Part shown: positions 1 to 10,044 of the stretch, in pieces | Layout: every line of letters begins with the position of its first letter | How positions within the stretch are numbered: position 1 is the stretch's first letter | Assembly: GCA_002353525.1 (NCBI GenBank) | Contig: DEJV01000005.1 | Location: 2,871 to 66,870, forward strand | Source of the DNA: Prevotella sp. UBA2739 | GTDB lineage: Bacteria > Bacteroidota > Bacteroidia > Bacteroidales > Bacteroidaceae | Length of the DNA stretch: 64,000 nt | Direction of reading: 5' to 3' | Translations under genes and position numbers: made by a program | The notes under the pieces: generated by a model | Seen by the model: only the letters and a program-made list of their open reading frames with translations | The model's database searches: none | Told to the model about the DNA's origin: nothing

Positions 1-767
1 CAGGACAGCGACCAGGTAAATACGCCATGCTTCAACAGACGGATGATGCAACACCATATCGATTGAGCCATCCGTTAGCACAGCATGTCATCAATTCCGC
101 ATTGTCGCTGTCACTTGATGATGCCGAGGTGGAGTTTGACCAGAAAGCACTTTCCATGAACGCTGATCTTCCCGACTACCTTCAAGGGCAGAGCGGTGTG
201 CTTATTCTTTCTTCTTTAGCTGTATCAGCCTTGGCAGAAGAACAATATATGCTATTCAATGCCATCACTGATGATGGGCGGATAGTTTCTCAGGAGGATT
301 GTGAGAAACTTTTCCTCAACGGTGGAAAGGAACTTCCATGTGAACAAGTGGAAGAGCAGACCCGGCTGCGATTGCAGAAGGATGTGCTCCAACATAGTGC
401 GGCAAAACTGAAAGAGCTGGATGCCCGCAATCTTTCTTTCTTCAAGGTGGAGGAAAACCGCATTTATCAATGGGAACATGATGTGATTGATGGAATTGAG
501 GCTGAACTATCTACCATCAAGAAGCAGATACTGCAAACGGAAAGAGACGCCCGAAATGCAGAATCGGTGGCTGAGAAACTGGCTTTGGAAAAGAAAGTGG
601 ACGAGTTGAAGCGAAAGAAACGCCGTCTGCGAAATGAACTTGATGACCGGGAGGAAGAAGTAAGCAATCAGCGCAGAGCGATGATTGCAGAGTTGGAACA
701 ACGCATGGTGAAACAGACGGAGCAACATAATCTGTTTGTTATTCGCTGGAAAGTAAAAGCAAAATAA
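1..767 (+). CDS. C-terminal part of a probable SNF2-family helicase associated with the Type III R-M locus (5' truncated by window edge)
   Basis: Frame is open from the window start through ATG 27 to stop 767; C-terminal coiled coil ending LFVIRWKV; 13 nt before mod. Helicase motifs would lie outside the window, so the family call rests on context and tail resemblance. Confidence 0.6.
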   Translation, partial: GQRPGKYAMLQQTDDATPYRLSHPLAQHVINSALSLSLDDAEVEFDQKALSMNADLPDYLQGQSGVLILSSLAVSALAEEQYMLFNAITDDGRIVSQEDCEKLFLNGGKELPCEQVEEQTRLRLQKDVLQHSAAKLKELDARNLSFFKVEENRIYQWEHDVIDGIEAELSTIKKQILQTERDARNAESVAEKLALEKKVDELKRKKRRLRNELDDREEEVSNQRRAMIAELEQRMVKQTEQHNLFVIRWKVKAK

Positions 768-780
768 AGAATACATAGAT

Positions 781-3700
781 ATGGCACAGAATTATTACGA
801 GAGTTTCAAGAAGAAACTGGAAGAAATCTTCATGATGGATCATGCCGAACTGGATTTCGGTATCTACCGCATCATGAACCAAAAGCGTAACGACATCCAA
901 CGCTTTCTTGACTCCGAGCTGCTTCCACAGGTAAAGCAAGTACTTGAAGGTAACAATGGAGGCGAGGCTGATAAGGCAAAGAAACGTATGGCGGAAATTG
1001 CTGCTTCTGTGGGTGGTAATATAGAGGTATTGCCTAAGGGCACCCCTATGCGCGATGAATACGACAAACTGGAAGCACAACTGGCGCAGTCTGCCGATAC
1101 GGAGTCTATGCAGGCTGAGGTATTCAGCCATCTTGTTACGTTCTTCTCGCGCTATTACGATGGTGGCGATTTCCTGTCTAAGCGTCGCTATAAGGATAAC
1201 ACCTACGCCATACCTTATAACGGAGAGGAAGTGAAACTGCATTGGGCAAACAGCGACCAGTACTATATCAAGACCTCAGAGTATTTCCGCGATTATACGT
1301 TTGTACTGCCTACATCACGCAAGAAAGTACACTTTGTGTTGAAAGATGCCAGCACAGAGCAAAATAATAATCGTGCCGCCAACAACATGGAGCGTCGCTT
1401 TGCACTATGGCAGCCCACGTCAGAGGACGACCTATCTACTCCCCTCACCATTCGGAGAGGGACTGGGGGGGAGGCTGAATTAGACATCTACTTCACCTAC
1501 GAGTTGATGCCTAAGGCTACCAAGCAGAAGGACTTGTTAGCAGCAGCTTTAGAAGCTATCACCTCCCTTGTACCTGCTGATTTTGAGGAATTGCTTACTG
1601 CTAAAGCTCCTACAAAGGATAATCCCAACCGCACCTTGCTGGAGAAGCACTTGACAGACTACACAGCCAAGAATTCATTCGACTATTTCATCCATAAGGA
1701 CCTTGGTGGCTTCCTTCGTCGTGAATTGGACTTCTATATCAAGAACGAGGTGCTGCATATCGACGACCTTGATGCACAGTTCATCAACAGCCAGCTGACT
1801 ATTGTTCGTGCCATCAAGCAGGTGGGTGAGAAGATTATCAGTATGTTGGCTCAACTTGAAAACTTCCAACGTAAGCTATGGCTGAAGAAGAAGTTTGTGG
1901 TGCAAAGTGACTATTGCATCACGCTCGACCGTGTGCCTGAAAAACTCTATCCTGAGATTATTGCTAACGAAGCACAGCGTAAGGAGTGGGTACGCCTGTT
2001 TGCCATTGACGAGATTAAAAGCGACCTTACTACTGAGGGCTATAGTGAGCCACTTACCATCGAGTTCTTAAAGCAGAATCCTTTCCTTGTTCTCGACACC
2101 GCTTTCTTTGATGCTAAGTTTAAGCATCAGTTAGTAAAGAGTTTGGAGAATATTGATGAGCAGACGAATGGCTTGCTGATAAATTCAGATAATTACCATG
2201 CACTTCAACTGCTACAGGAGAGATATAAGAATCAATTACAATGTGTGTATATCGATCCTCCTTATAATACCTCCTCGTCTGAGATAATGTACAAAAATAG
2301 TTACAAACATTCTTCCTGGCTTTCTTTGATTCATGATAGAGCATTGCTTGGCAAAAAACTTCTATTAGAAGGAGGGGTTCAATGTACAGCAATAGATGAT
2401 GTTGAAGAAGGACGCTTGAAACTTCTGCTGGAAGATGTTTTTGAGGGTGAAACAGCTGTAGTCGCATTGAGGGTTAATCCCCATGGACGATTGGGTACCA
2501 ATGGTTTTTCAATTACACATGATTATGCGTTGTTCTCTAGGAAAAATGAAAACAGCCCTTTTGGTCTGTTACCAAGAGACGAAAGGCAGAATGCTCGTTA
2601 TAAGGAAAGAGATGAAAAAGGGGCTTTTCTTTGGTTCCCTTTACAGAAAACAGGCTCAAATACATTTAGGAAAGATCGTCCAACAATGTTTTACCCCATA
2701 TATTTGAATGAATCGACGGGCACAATGCGCATACCAGATATGTATTATGATGAATCCCGTCAAGAATATGTGACAAGAGAAGATCCTGCCAATGGAGAAA
2801 TTGTTGTTTACCCAATAAAAGACGACGGGCAAGAAGGAAACTGGTATTTCGGCATTGAGCGAGCAAGAAAAGAAGTTGGTGAGTTCAAGTCTGTTAAACA
2901 AAAAGACGGGTCATATTCAATTTATGTAAAATACAGAGCAACAGAGGGATTATCGCCATTCACAATTTGGGATGATGCTAAGTATTCTGCAACCGAGCAT
3001 GGTACTGCATTGTTGAAAGATATTTTTGGGAAACAAGAAACTTTTTCATACCCCAAAGCCATTGCTGCCGTAGAAGACTGTTTGAGAGTCTCAAAAGTTA
3101 GCGCAGATAGTTCTGTTATTGATTATTTTGCAGGTTCTGGTACTACTGGTCATGCGACAATCAACCTAAACCGTGAAGATAATGGCAAAAGAAAATTCAT
3201 CCTTTGTGAGGTAAATGATTATTTTAATTCAGTTACCAAACCACGAATTGAGAAAGTTATTTATGCTCAAGATTGGAAGGATGGAAAACCTGTTTCTCGC
3301 AACGGCATCTCCCAATGCTTCAAATACATCCGATTGGAGCAATACGAGGATACGCTGAATAACCTTGAAATCAAGAAGCAGCAGACAGATTGGCGCGATG
3401 ATGAGTTCCATGAGAGCTATATGCTCAGCTATATGCTCGACACAGAGACTCGCGACTCGCTGCTGAACTTGAAGATGTTCGTCAATCCGTTCAATATGTC
3501 ACTGAAAACCACCAAAGACAATGAGTTGGTAGAGACGAAGGTGGATATGGTGGAAACCTTCAACTACCTGATTGGCTTGAACGTGGAAACGGAAGACTGG
3601 TTTGAGAATGACAACATCTGCGTTGTTCAAGGAAAGACCCATTGTGGAGGACTGAAAACGCTCATCATCTGGCGTAACTGCGAGGTGATAGACAACGAGA

Positions 3701-3870
3701 AACTGTGTCGCTTCTTTGAGCGCATGGATTTCCGCACTCGTGATACAGAGTTTGATCTTATATACGTGAATGGCGACAATACTTTACCTAACTTGCGTAG
3801 AGACGAGGAGAACTGGAAAGTGGAGCTGATTGAAAAAGAATTCCAAAAGCGAATGTTTGAAGAGGATTAG
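781..3870 (+). CDS. mod: Type III restriction-modification DNA methyltransferase (Mod), beta class
   Basis: 1029 aa; catalytic YIDPPYN precedes SAM-binding DYFAGSGTTG with a target-recognition region between; followed directly by res. Confidence 0.92.
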   Translation: MAQNYYESFKKKLEEIFMMDHAELDFGIYRIMNQKRNDIQRFLDSELLPQVKQVLEGNNGGEADKAKKRMAEIAASVGGNIEVLPKGTPMRDEYDKLEAQLAQSADTESMQAEVFSHLVTFFSRYYDGGDFLSKRRYKDNTYAIPYNGEEVKLHWANSDQYYIKTSEYFRDYTFVLPTSRKKVHFVLKDASTEQNNNRAANNMERRFALWQPTSEDDLSTPLTIRRGTGGEAELDIYFTYELMPKATKQKDLLAAALEAITSLVPADFEELLTAKAPTKDNPNRTLLEKHLTDYTAKNSFDYFIHKDLGGFLRRELDFYIKNEVLHIDDLDAQFINSQLTIVRAIKQVGEKIISMLAQLENFQRKLWLKKKFVVQSDYCITLDRVPEKLYPEIIANEAQRKEWVRLFAIDEIKSDLTTEGYSEPLTIEFLKQNPFLVLDTAFFDAKFKHQLVKSLENIDEQTNGLLINSDNYHALQLLQERYKNQLQCVYIDPPYNTSSSEIMYKNSYKHSSWLSLIHDRALLGKKLLLEGGVQCTAIDDVEEGRLKLLLEDVFEGETAVVALRVNPHGRLGTNGFSITHDYALFSRKNENSPFGLLPRDERQNARYKERDEKGAFLWFPLQKTGSNTFRKDRPTMFYPIYLNESTGTMRIPDMYYDESRQEYVTREDPANGEIVVYPIKDDGQEGNWYFGIERARKEVGEFKSVKQKDGSYSIYVKYRATEGLSPFTIWDDAKYSATEHGTALLKDIFGKQETFSYPKAIAAVEDCLRVSKVSADSSVIDYFAGSGTTGHATINLNREDNGKRKFILCEVNDYFNSVTKPRIEKVIYAQDWKDGKPVSRNGISQCFKYIRLEQYEDTLNNLEIKKQQTDWRDDEFHESYMLSYMLDTETRDSLLNLKMFVNPFNMSLKTTKDNELVETKVDMVETFNYLIGLNVETEDWFENDNICVVQGKTHCGGLKTLIIWRNCEVIDNEKLCRFFERMDFRTRDTEFDLIYVNGDNTLPNLRRDEENWKVELIEKEFQKRMFEED

Positions 3871-3873
3871 ACC

Positions 3874-6800
3874 ATGCCAAGAGGAAGAAGACAAACAACA
3901 AGACCTGCACGCCTACAAGAAGCTCTGGTCTTGCATAAATACATCCTGCACCTGTTGGGATGCAAGGACTTAGAGGCTTTGAGCCAAGACTTGAAGGATC
4001 CTGCACTGGAGGGTGTTGATGACGAAGGAACGTCACACATTTTCTATGCACTGAAGATGCACATGTATGACTATGAAATCAAGGAGGAAAAACTCTATGA
4101 GTATGACCGCAACATAGTGAAGCATACAAAAGAGATAAACGAACGGCGAGAAGAAAAGATAACGTGGAAGTATTACCAGTACCTGGCTCTGCTCTTCACT
4201 GAAATATATCTCGACCGCTTTTTCTCGGACAAGCAACGTCTGCTTGATGACATCAATACGTTCCTGGTGCATGACTTCAACCAGCGCACAGAAACTTGGC
4301 ACGACATGCCAATGTTCACTGAAGACGACCTGAACAAGGTGGCGTTTTGGGCTGCAACAGGTTCGGGTAAAACGCTGATGATGCATGTAAACATCAAGCA
4401 GTATCTGTATTATGCAGAGAAACATAATGCCAAGAAGTTGAACCGCATCATGATTCTGACACCTAACGAGGGTTTGTCAAAACAACACATTGACGAACTA
4501 CATAAATCAAACTTTGATGCACAGCTTTTTGCAAAGCAAGGTCGTGGCGGTTTCTTTGAAGGTCAGACCATTGATGTGATTGACATCAACAAACTGGCAG
4601 AGCAGGATGGCGACAAGACGGTAGCAGTGGATAGCTTCGAGGGCAACAATCTGGTTCTTGTTGACGAAGGACATAAAGGTAGCGGCGGCGAAGTGTGGAA
4701 AGGCTATCGAAATAAACTGACTCAGGAGGGTTTCTCATTTGAGTATTCGGCAACCTTCGGACAGGCTATTGCCGCACAAACGGGAGCCAACCGCAAGAGC
4801 TTGCTGGAAGAATATGGTAAGGCTACACTCTTTGACTACAGTTACCGCTACTTCTATAATGATGGTTATGGCAAAGACTACCGTATCATGAATATGGCAA
4901 CAGTGGAGAACGAGGAACTACTGAATATGTATCTGACAGCCTATTTGTTGTGCCTCTATGAGCAGACACTGGCTTTTGATGGTGATACAAACATTAAAAA
5001 CAAGTTCCTCATTGCTCGTCCGTTAGGCATCTTTGTGGGTAGCTCAGTGAATGCCGTTCGTACTGAAGGTGGACGTAAGGTGAGTGATGTAGTGAAGATA
5101 CTCCTTTTCCTCCAAGACTTCATCAATAAACCTTCGGAGTTTAGCAGCTACATCAAGCGTCTGCTTAATCCTAATGATGGTATCAAGAATCCACGTGGCT
5201 ATTCGTTGTTTGCCAACAATTTCTTATTGACAAAACAAGGATTGAAACTTGGTGAGGAAGATGCCTTCGCAGCCCAGACATATCATAAAATAATTGAAAG
5301 GTTATTCCACAGCAGTGTACCCAATGCCCATCTGCATATAGACAAGCAGAAAGGTGGTGACGGCGAAATAGGTTTGCGCGTAGGAAATGCTCCTTATTTC
5401 GGAGTTATCAATGTGGGTGACAGTGATACACTTATCAAACTGTGCGAGTCAAACGACCTGAACTGCGAGACGCATGAGTTTGGTAACAAATCCCTGTTTT
5501 CTCACATTAATGATGAAGACTCTACCATCAACATCCTTATCGGTTCCAAGAAATTCAGTGAAGGATGGAGTAGCTGGCGTGTTAGCGCGATGGGACTGAT
5601 GAACGTGGGTCGTAGTGAAGGCTCGGAAATTATCCAGCTCTTTGGTCGTGGTGTGCGTTTGAAAGGCTATAAGTATTCTTTGAAGCGAAGTACGGCACTC
5701 GATAGCAGCTATAATCCGGGCAATCTGCCAAAGGGATTACGAGAGATAGAAACGCTGAATATCTTTGGTGTAAGGGCTGACTATATGGACACCTTCAGGA
5801 AATATCTGGAAGATGAAGGATTACCTGCCAATGAAGAAGCATACACCCCTGTTAGTATTCCAACCGTTAACTTACTTGGTGAAACTAAATTAAAAGTGGT
5901 TCGCCTGAAAGAAGGTTACGACTTCAAGAAAACGGTAGTGGTACATCCTGAAGATTGCATGGATAAAGTGTGTGTCAAGGTGGACTGGTTACCAAAAGTT
6001 GATGCTTTGTGGAGCAAAAAGGCTGGTGTGGAAGAGGGGGCTGTAAAGCCTAAAGGCAAATTGCGCTCAAATCATCTTGCGCTGCTCAATTGGAATAAGA
6101 TATTCTTTGCCATTGAGCAGATGAAAAATGAACGTAGCTGGTGGAACATGGAACTGAGCATGGAAACATTGCAACGTTTAATGCAGTCTTCAGACTGGTA
6201 TGAACTGTTCATTCAAGAAGACGACCTCAAGCCAAAAGACTTCGGTAGTGATGTGTCTCGATGGGAGGAGATTGCCATCGCATTGCTACGAGCATACATT
6301 GATCGTGCCTACAAGATGAGCAAAGGGAAATGGGAGTCAAAGTATATGGAGACGGTCTATTTGTCGCCCAACGATCCAAACTTCTTTGAAGAATATACTG
6401 TTGAAGTCCGCAATGACAAGCAGGAGTGGATTGACAAACTGCATGAACTGCGCGAACAGGTATTGTCAGGTAACTTGGAGCGTGACTTCTCTATATCCGG
6501 ACCTTGGATTACATCACTCCGTTTCGACCAGCATCTTTTCTATCCATTGCTTTGCCTACAAGACAGGGACGATCATGGTAAGAAGCAACTAGTGGATGAA
6601 AACACCAACGAGCCATTGATAAAGATTTCTCCCGTAGCTCTTAACCCAGGAGAAAAGCGATTCGTGTCAGATGTAAGAAAATTCTTTGATGACAATAGGA
6701 ATGGAATGCTTGCGGGTAAGGACATATACCTTCTCAGAAACGAGAGCCGTAAAGGCATTGGCTTCTTCGAAGCAAGTGGATTCTACCCAGACTTCATCCT

Positions 6801-7092
6801 TTGGGTAAACGATGGGGAGCATCAGCATGTCACATTCATTGATCCTAAAGGTATTCGTAACCTAAAAGGACTGCAAGACCCCAAGATCCAGCTTTACAAA
6901 ACGCTGAAGGAAGAAGTGGAACCAACGCTTCATGATGCAGACATCACTCTCGATAGTTATATTCTCTCGAACACAGCATATCAAGACGTGAATTTCTGGG
7001 GAACGCGCCCTGAATTTGCAGAGAACCATGTATTATTTGATGAAGATGATAAATATATTAGCACTTTGTTTAATCGCATCGTATTGCATTAG
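3874..7092 (+). CDS. res: Type III restriction endonuclease Res subunit (SF2 helicase + PD-(D/E)xK nuclease)
   Basis: 1072 aa; ATGSGKT, LVDEGH, SAT, QLFGRGVR; C-terminal FYPDFILW...IDPKG; starts 3 nt after the mod stop. Confidence 0.92.
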   Translation: MPRGRRQTTRPARLQEALVLHKYILHLLGCKDLEALSQDLKDPALEGVDDEGTSHIFYALKMHMYDYEIKEEKLYEYDRNIVKHTKEINERREEKITWKYYQYLALLFTEIYLDRFFSDKQRLLDDINTFLVHDFNQRTETWHDMPMFTEDDLNKVAFWAATGSGKTLMMHVNIKQYLYYAEKHNAKKLNRIMILTPNEGLSKQHIDELHKSNFDAQLFAKQGRGGFFEGQTIDVIDINKLAEQDGDKTVAVDSFEGNNLVLVDEGHKGSGGEVWKGYRNKLTQEGFSFEYSATFGQAIAAQTGANRKSLLEEYGKATLFDYSYRYFYNDGYGKDYRIMNMATVENEELLNMYLTAYLLCLYEQTLAFDGDTNIKNKFLIARPLGIFVGSSVNAVRTEGGRKVSDVVKILLFLQDFINKPSEFSSYIKRLLNPNDGIKNPRGYSLFANNFLLTKQGLKLGEEDAFAAQTYHKIIERLFHSSVPNAHLHIDKQKGGDGEIGLRVGNAPYFGVINVGDSDTLIKLCESNDLNCETHEFGNKSLFSHINDEDSTINILIGSKKFSEGWSSWRVSAMGLMNVGRSEGSEIIQLFGRGVRLKGYKYSLKRSTALDSSYNPGNLPKGLREIETLNIFGVRADYMDTFRKYLEDEGLPANEEAYTPVSIPTVNLLGETKLKVVRLKEGYDFKKTVVVHPEDCMDKVCVKVDWLPKVDALWSKKAGVEEGAVKPKGKLRSNHLALLNWNKIFFAIEQMKNERSWWNMELSMETLQRLMQSSDWYELFIQEDDLKPKDFGSDVSRWEEIAIALLRAYIDRAYKMSKGKWESKYMETVYLSPNDPNFFEEYTVEVRNDKQEWIDKLHELREQVLSGNLERDFSISGPWITSLRFDQHLFYPLLCLQDRDDHGKKQLVDENTNEPLIKISPVALNPGEKRFVSDVRKFFDDNRNGMLAGKDIYLLRNESRKGIGFFEASGFYPDFILWVNDGEHQHVTFIDPKGIRNLKGLQDPKIQLYKTLKEEVEPTLHDADITLDSYILSNTAYQDVNFWGTRPEFAENHVLFDEDDKYISTLFNRIVLH

Positions 7093-7101
7093 AACTCAAC
7101 A

Positions 7102-7145
7102 AGCCCCCAGCTGATTCTAGCTTCTATAATCTGCGGGGGCTGTTC
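7102..7145 (+). terminator. Possible terminator hairpin after res
   Basis: agccccc...gggggct stem about 10 nt after the stop; long loop and weak U tract. Confidence 0.4.
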
Positions 7146-7390
7146 TCAAAACACATCAGCTCAGCCGGCATTTACAAAAAAGTGAGAAGTTCAAATGACA
7201 AGTAGGAGGTCGCGTGTTTGAATTGTCTTTATATCAAAAAAAATCACATGTTACATAAATAGGATAAAAAAATAAGGATTTCATTACTCCCACGACTGAT
7301 GGTCGTTATTTTCTTCTCAGATTCTTTGCCGCAACAGAAAAATTTCTTTACCTTTGCTGCCACTTACAAACCAATAAAAAAGAAAAACGA

Positions 7391-8167
7391 ATGAAAAAAG
7401 GATTTATCATGGCCGCTCTCATGCTAATGGCATTAGCAGCCAACGCACAAAAGAAATGGACTGTTACACCGCAAGTGGGCATCAACCTCTCTGACCTGCA
7501 GGGCAGCGACGCGCCCGACTGCATGAAAACCACAGTAGGATTCATCGGCGGTGCCGAGGTGGAATATCGTCCTACATCGTTGTTCGGTGTGTCCATCGGT
7601 GCATTTTATTCAGTGAAGGGATGCAAGACGGACGAGACGATGACCTTCCGTTTCGGTATGACGAAAAGCGACGGAACAAAAATAGAAACGCTGAGCACAA
7701 ACGAACACGTCAACAAATATGAACTTCGCTACCTGAGCTTCCCGCTGATGATGAACTTTCACGTTTGGAAGGGACTGACGGTGAAGGGCGGTATTCAATA
7801 TAGTAACATAATGGCAGCCAGAATAAAGGGGAAGACATGGGGGTTCATCGGCGATCAACCTGAGATAGGTATCAGCGGAGGACTGTCTCACCCCGAACAG
7901 GTCGGTATGTATCAGGGCGTTGGGGCTCCCGAGCCAACATCGGAGGACATGGTGAATCCGCAACGTATCGATAAAGACATCAACACTGGCGTGAAGGGCA
8001 GCTTCCACAAAATGGAATGGGCCATTCCCCTGGGCGTGTCGTATGAATATAAGAATGTGGTACTGGATGTGCGCTATATGATCGGGCTGAGCAAGGTACC
8101 TCGCCACAGCCGTGAGGACCGTGTTCACAACAGCTGCACCAGCATTACCCTGGGAGTCAGACTATAA
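7391..8167 (+). CDS. Outer-membrane beta-barrel (porin/PorT-like) protein
   Basis: Signal peptide ending ANA-Q, amphipathic beta strands, C-terminal ITLGVRL; TACCTTTG promoter motif near 7349. Confidence 0.75.
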   Translation: MKKGFIMAALMLMALAANAQKKWTVTPQVGINLSDLQGSDAPDCMKTTVGFIGGAEVEYRPTSLFGVSIGAFYSVKGCKTDETMTFRFGMTKSDGTKIETLSTNEHVNKYELRYLSFPLMMNFHVWKGLTVKGGIQYSNIMAARIKGKTWGFIGDQPEIGISGGLSHPEQVGMYQGVGAPEPTSEDMVNPQRIDKDINTGVKGSFHKMEWAIPLGVSYEYKNVVLDVRYMIGLSKVPRHSREDRVHNSCTSITLGVRL

Positions 8168-8375
8168 TTGATAATTGACAATTGATAATTGATAATTAGC
8201 CTGACGGACCATAGCGAATTGAGGATTGAGAATTTTTCAACCACGAATTGTTCGAATTGTACGAATGTTCTTTGGTTCTAAATCATAGCGCGAAGCACCT
8301 TCGGTGCCACGAATTGTTCGAACTTTGGCGAATTTTCAATCCTCCATCCTCAATTCTCAATCCTCAATCCTCAAT
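8166..8375. repeat. Nested short-period repeat arrays between convergent genes
   Basis: (AATTGAY)x4 at 8166-8193; ATTGAGG/CCTCAAT inverted arrays near 8217-8235 and 8335-8375; two ccacgaattgttcgaa copies between them. Confidence 0.85.
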
Positions 8376-9123
8376 TTTTAACCGGGAAAGTGAAGTAGGT
8401 GTCGGGGAAGGGCTCGTTGCGCAGCGTGAAGTGCCACCACTCCTCGTCGAGGGGCTTGAAGCCGTGGCGCATCATGGCTTGTCGGAGCGTCATGCGGTTG
8501 GCAAACTGCTCGGCGGTGATGCCCTCTGTGGGCACATACTGTTGGGTGTCGGGATTGCCACCAAAGTCGGGATGCGACTGCTGCCCGAAGAAGTCGAACG
8601 TGCCGCCCATGTCGAGTTCCTTCTCCGTTGTCATGTCGAAGAGCGTCAGGTCGACAGTCGAACCGCGCGTATGGCCGCTTTTCTCAGCGATATAGCCTTG
8701 TGGAAAGAGCACATGCTTGTCGAGCTCGGGATAGAAGTAAGGCTTCATCAGCGTATCGTTCACATCCTCGGCCCAGCGCACGAAGTGGTCTACAGCCTTC
8801 TGCGGACGGTAGGCATCATAAATCTTCAGGCGATAGCCCATCCGCTTCACGTCGTCGCTCACCGCACGCAGACTGTCGGCAGCCTCGCGCGTAAGCAGGG
8901 CCGTGGGTTGCTCATAACCGTCGATGCGCGAGCCCACAAAGTTGTAGGTGCCGAAATACCTGATTTCCAGAATCGCATCGGGCACCACATCGGTAATCAC
9001 CACAAAGTGCTCCCTGCCATCGCCAGTAGCCACTTGCAGACGACTACCCTGGCAGCGGTCAATGGCAATAGCTGCTGCTAATGCCGCCACCGCCACAAGG
9101 ATCCAAAACAATACTTTCCTCAT
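8371..9123 (-). CDS. D-alanyl-D-alanine dipeptidase (peptidase M15D, VanX/DdpX family)
   Basis: YDAYRP, SGHTRGSTVDLT and EEWWHF zinc motifs; N-terminal signal/anchor. Confidence 0.9.
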   Translation of the reverse strand: MRKVLFWILVAVAALAAAIAIDRCQGSRLQVATGDGREHFVVITDVVPDAILEIRYFGTYNFVGSRIDGYEQPTALLTREAADSLRAVSDDVKRMGYRLKIYDAYRPQKAVDHFVRWAEDVNDTLMKPYFYPELDKHVLFPQGYIAEKSGHTRGSTVDLTLFDMTTEKELDMGGTFDFFGQQSHPDFGGNPDTQQYVPTEGITAEQFANRMTLRQAMMRHGFKPLDEEWWHFTLRNEPFPDTYFTFPVKN

Positions 9124-9143
9124 GATGTCTTCATTTTCTAATG

Positions 9144-9171
9144 ATCAATTATCAATTGTCAATTATCAATT
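9144..9171. repeat. (RTCAATT)x4 heptamer array
   Basis: atcaatt atcaatt gtcaatt atcaatt; exact reverse complement of 8166-8193; contains the stop codon of the 9166-10044 gene. Confidence 0.9.
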
Positions 9172-10044
9172 GATAAGTTGCTTGCCGGTGTTGTTCATCA
9201 TGGCTTTCGCTTTGTTGTAGGGGATGACGAACGAGGGCATGCCGGCAGCATAAGGAGCAATCTCGTATTGCTGGTAGGTGACGATGATGCCATCTTTGCC
9301 GAAGATGGGTGGTGTGACAGGCATGGGCAGCAGATAGGTCTCAGTGAGGGTGAGGTTGGACGCCAGTTCTTCGTCGGTCTTCACCTCGAAATACTCTTTC
9401 AGTCCGTCACGAAGTACGGTCTGCATCTTTCCACTGCTGAACAAATCCCAGCCGACGCGACGACCGTCGCTCTTGCGGAACGTCATGCCCGATCCTACAG
9501 CTCCACCATGAGCTCCGCCACCATTCTCGTAACTATTGAAGAGGTAGGTGACTACGCGCTCGGTCTCATAGTCTTTAGTAATCTTGGTGCTTGAGGCCAG
9601 TTCGGGAATCTCGGGCATACCGTCTTGCTTCATCTCGTTGTACATGGCCTGGAACTCCTTCACCTTCAGATCGAAATAGTAGTCGGCCATCTTGTCACCG
9701 TCGGCGAGGTCGCCACTGTAGGAACCTTGTTTCGTGTCCTCCTCACCTCCGCCGTAGGTAGAGCCAAGCGACTCGCTGATGTACTCGCGGATAGCGTTGA
9801 CAAGCGTGGCGTTACCACCTTCGGGGAAATCGATGGTCAGGTCAAACTCGCCTGCATCATTCTTCAGGCTTTTGGCAATCTTCTTGGTAGTAAGCTTATC
9901 GGTCTGAGACTTTTCTGTAGGTGCAACAACAGTTGTTGAGTCGGCATCTGCCGAAGAGACGGTTGCTGCTTGCTTTTTGTTGCAACTGGTCAGGATAAGT
10001 GCTGCCAGAGCAAACATTGTCATGAGAAATCTGTAGTTCTTCAT
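9166..10044 (-). CDS. Lipoprotein, DUF3298/RsiV-like
   Basis: Lipobox LTSC; GGAHG and YQQYEIAPYAAGMP motifs. Confidence 0.8.
   Translation of the reverse strand: MKNYRFLMTMFALAALILTSCNKKQAATVSSADADSTTVVAPTEKSQTDKLTTKKIAKSLKNDAGEFDLTIDFPEGGNATLVNAIREYISESLGSTYGGGEEDTKQGSYSGDLADGDKMADYYFDLKVKEFQAMYNEMKQDGMPEIPELASSTKITKDYETERVVTYLFNSYENGGGAHGGAVGSGMTFRKSDGRRVGWDLFSSGKMQTVLRDGLKEYFEVKTDEELASNLTLTETYLLPMPVTPPIFGKDGIIVTYQQYEIAPYAAGMPSFVIPYNKAKAMMNNTGKQLIN

Noticed and set aside
8371-9123. Vancomycin resistance gene
   Set aside because: Lone M15D dipeptidase with no vanH/vanA/vanRS, in a Gram-negative host.
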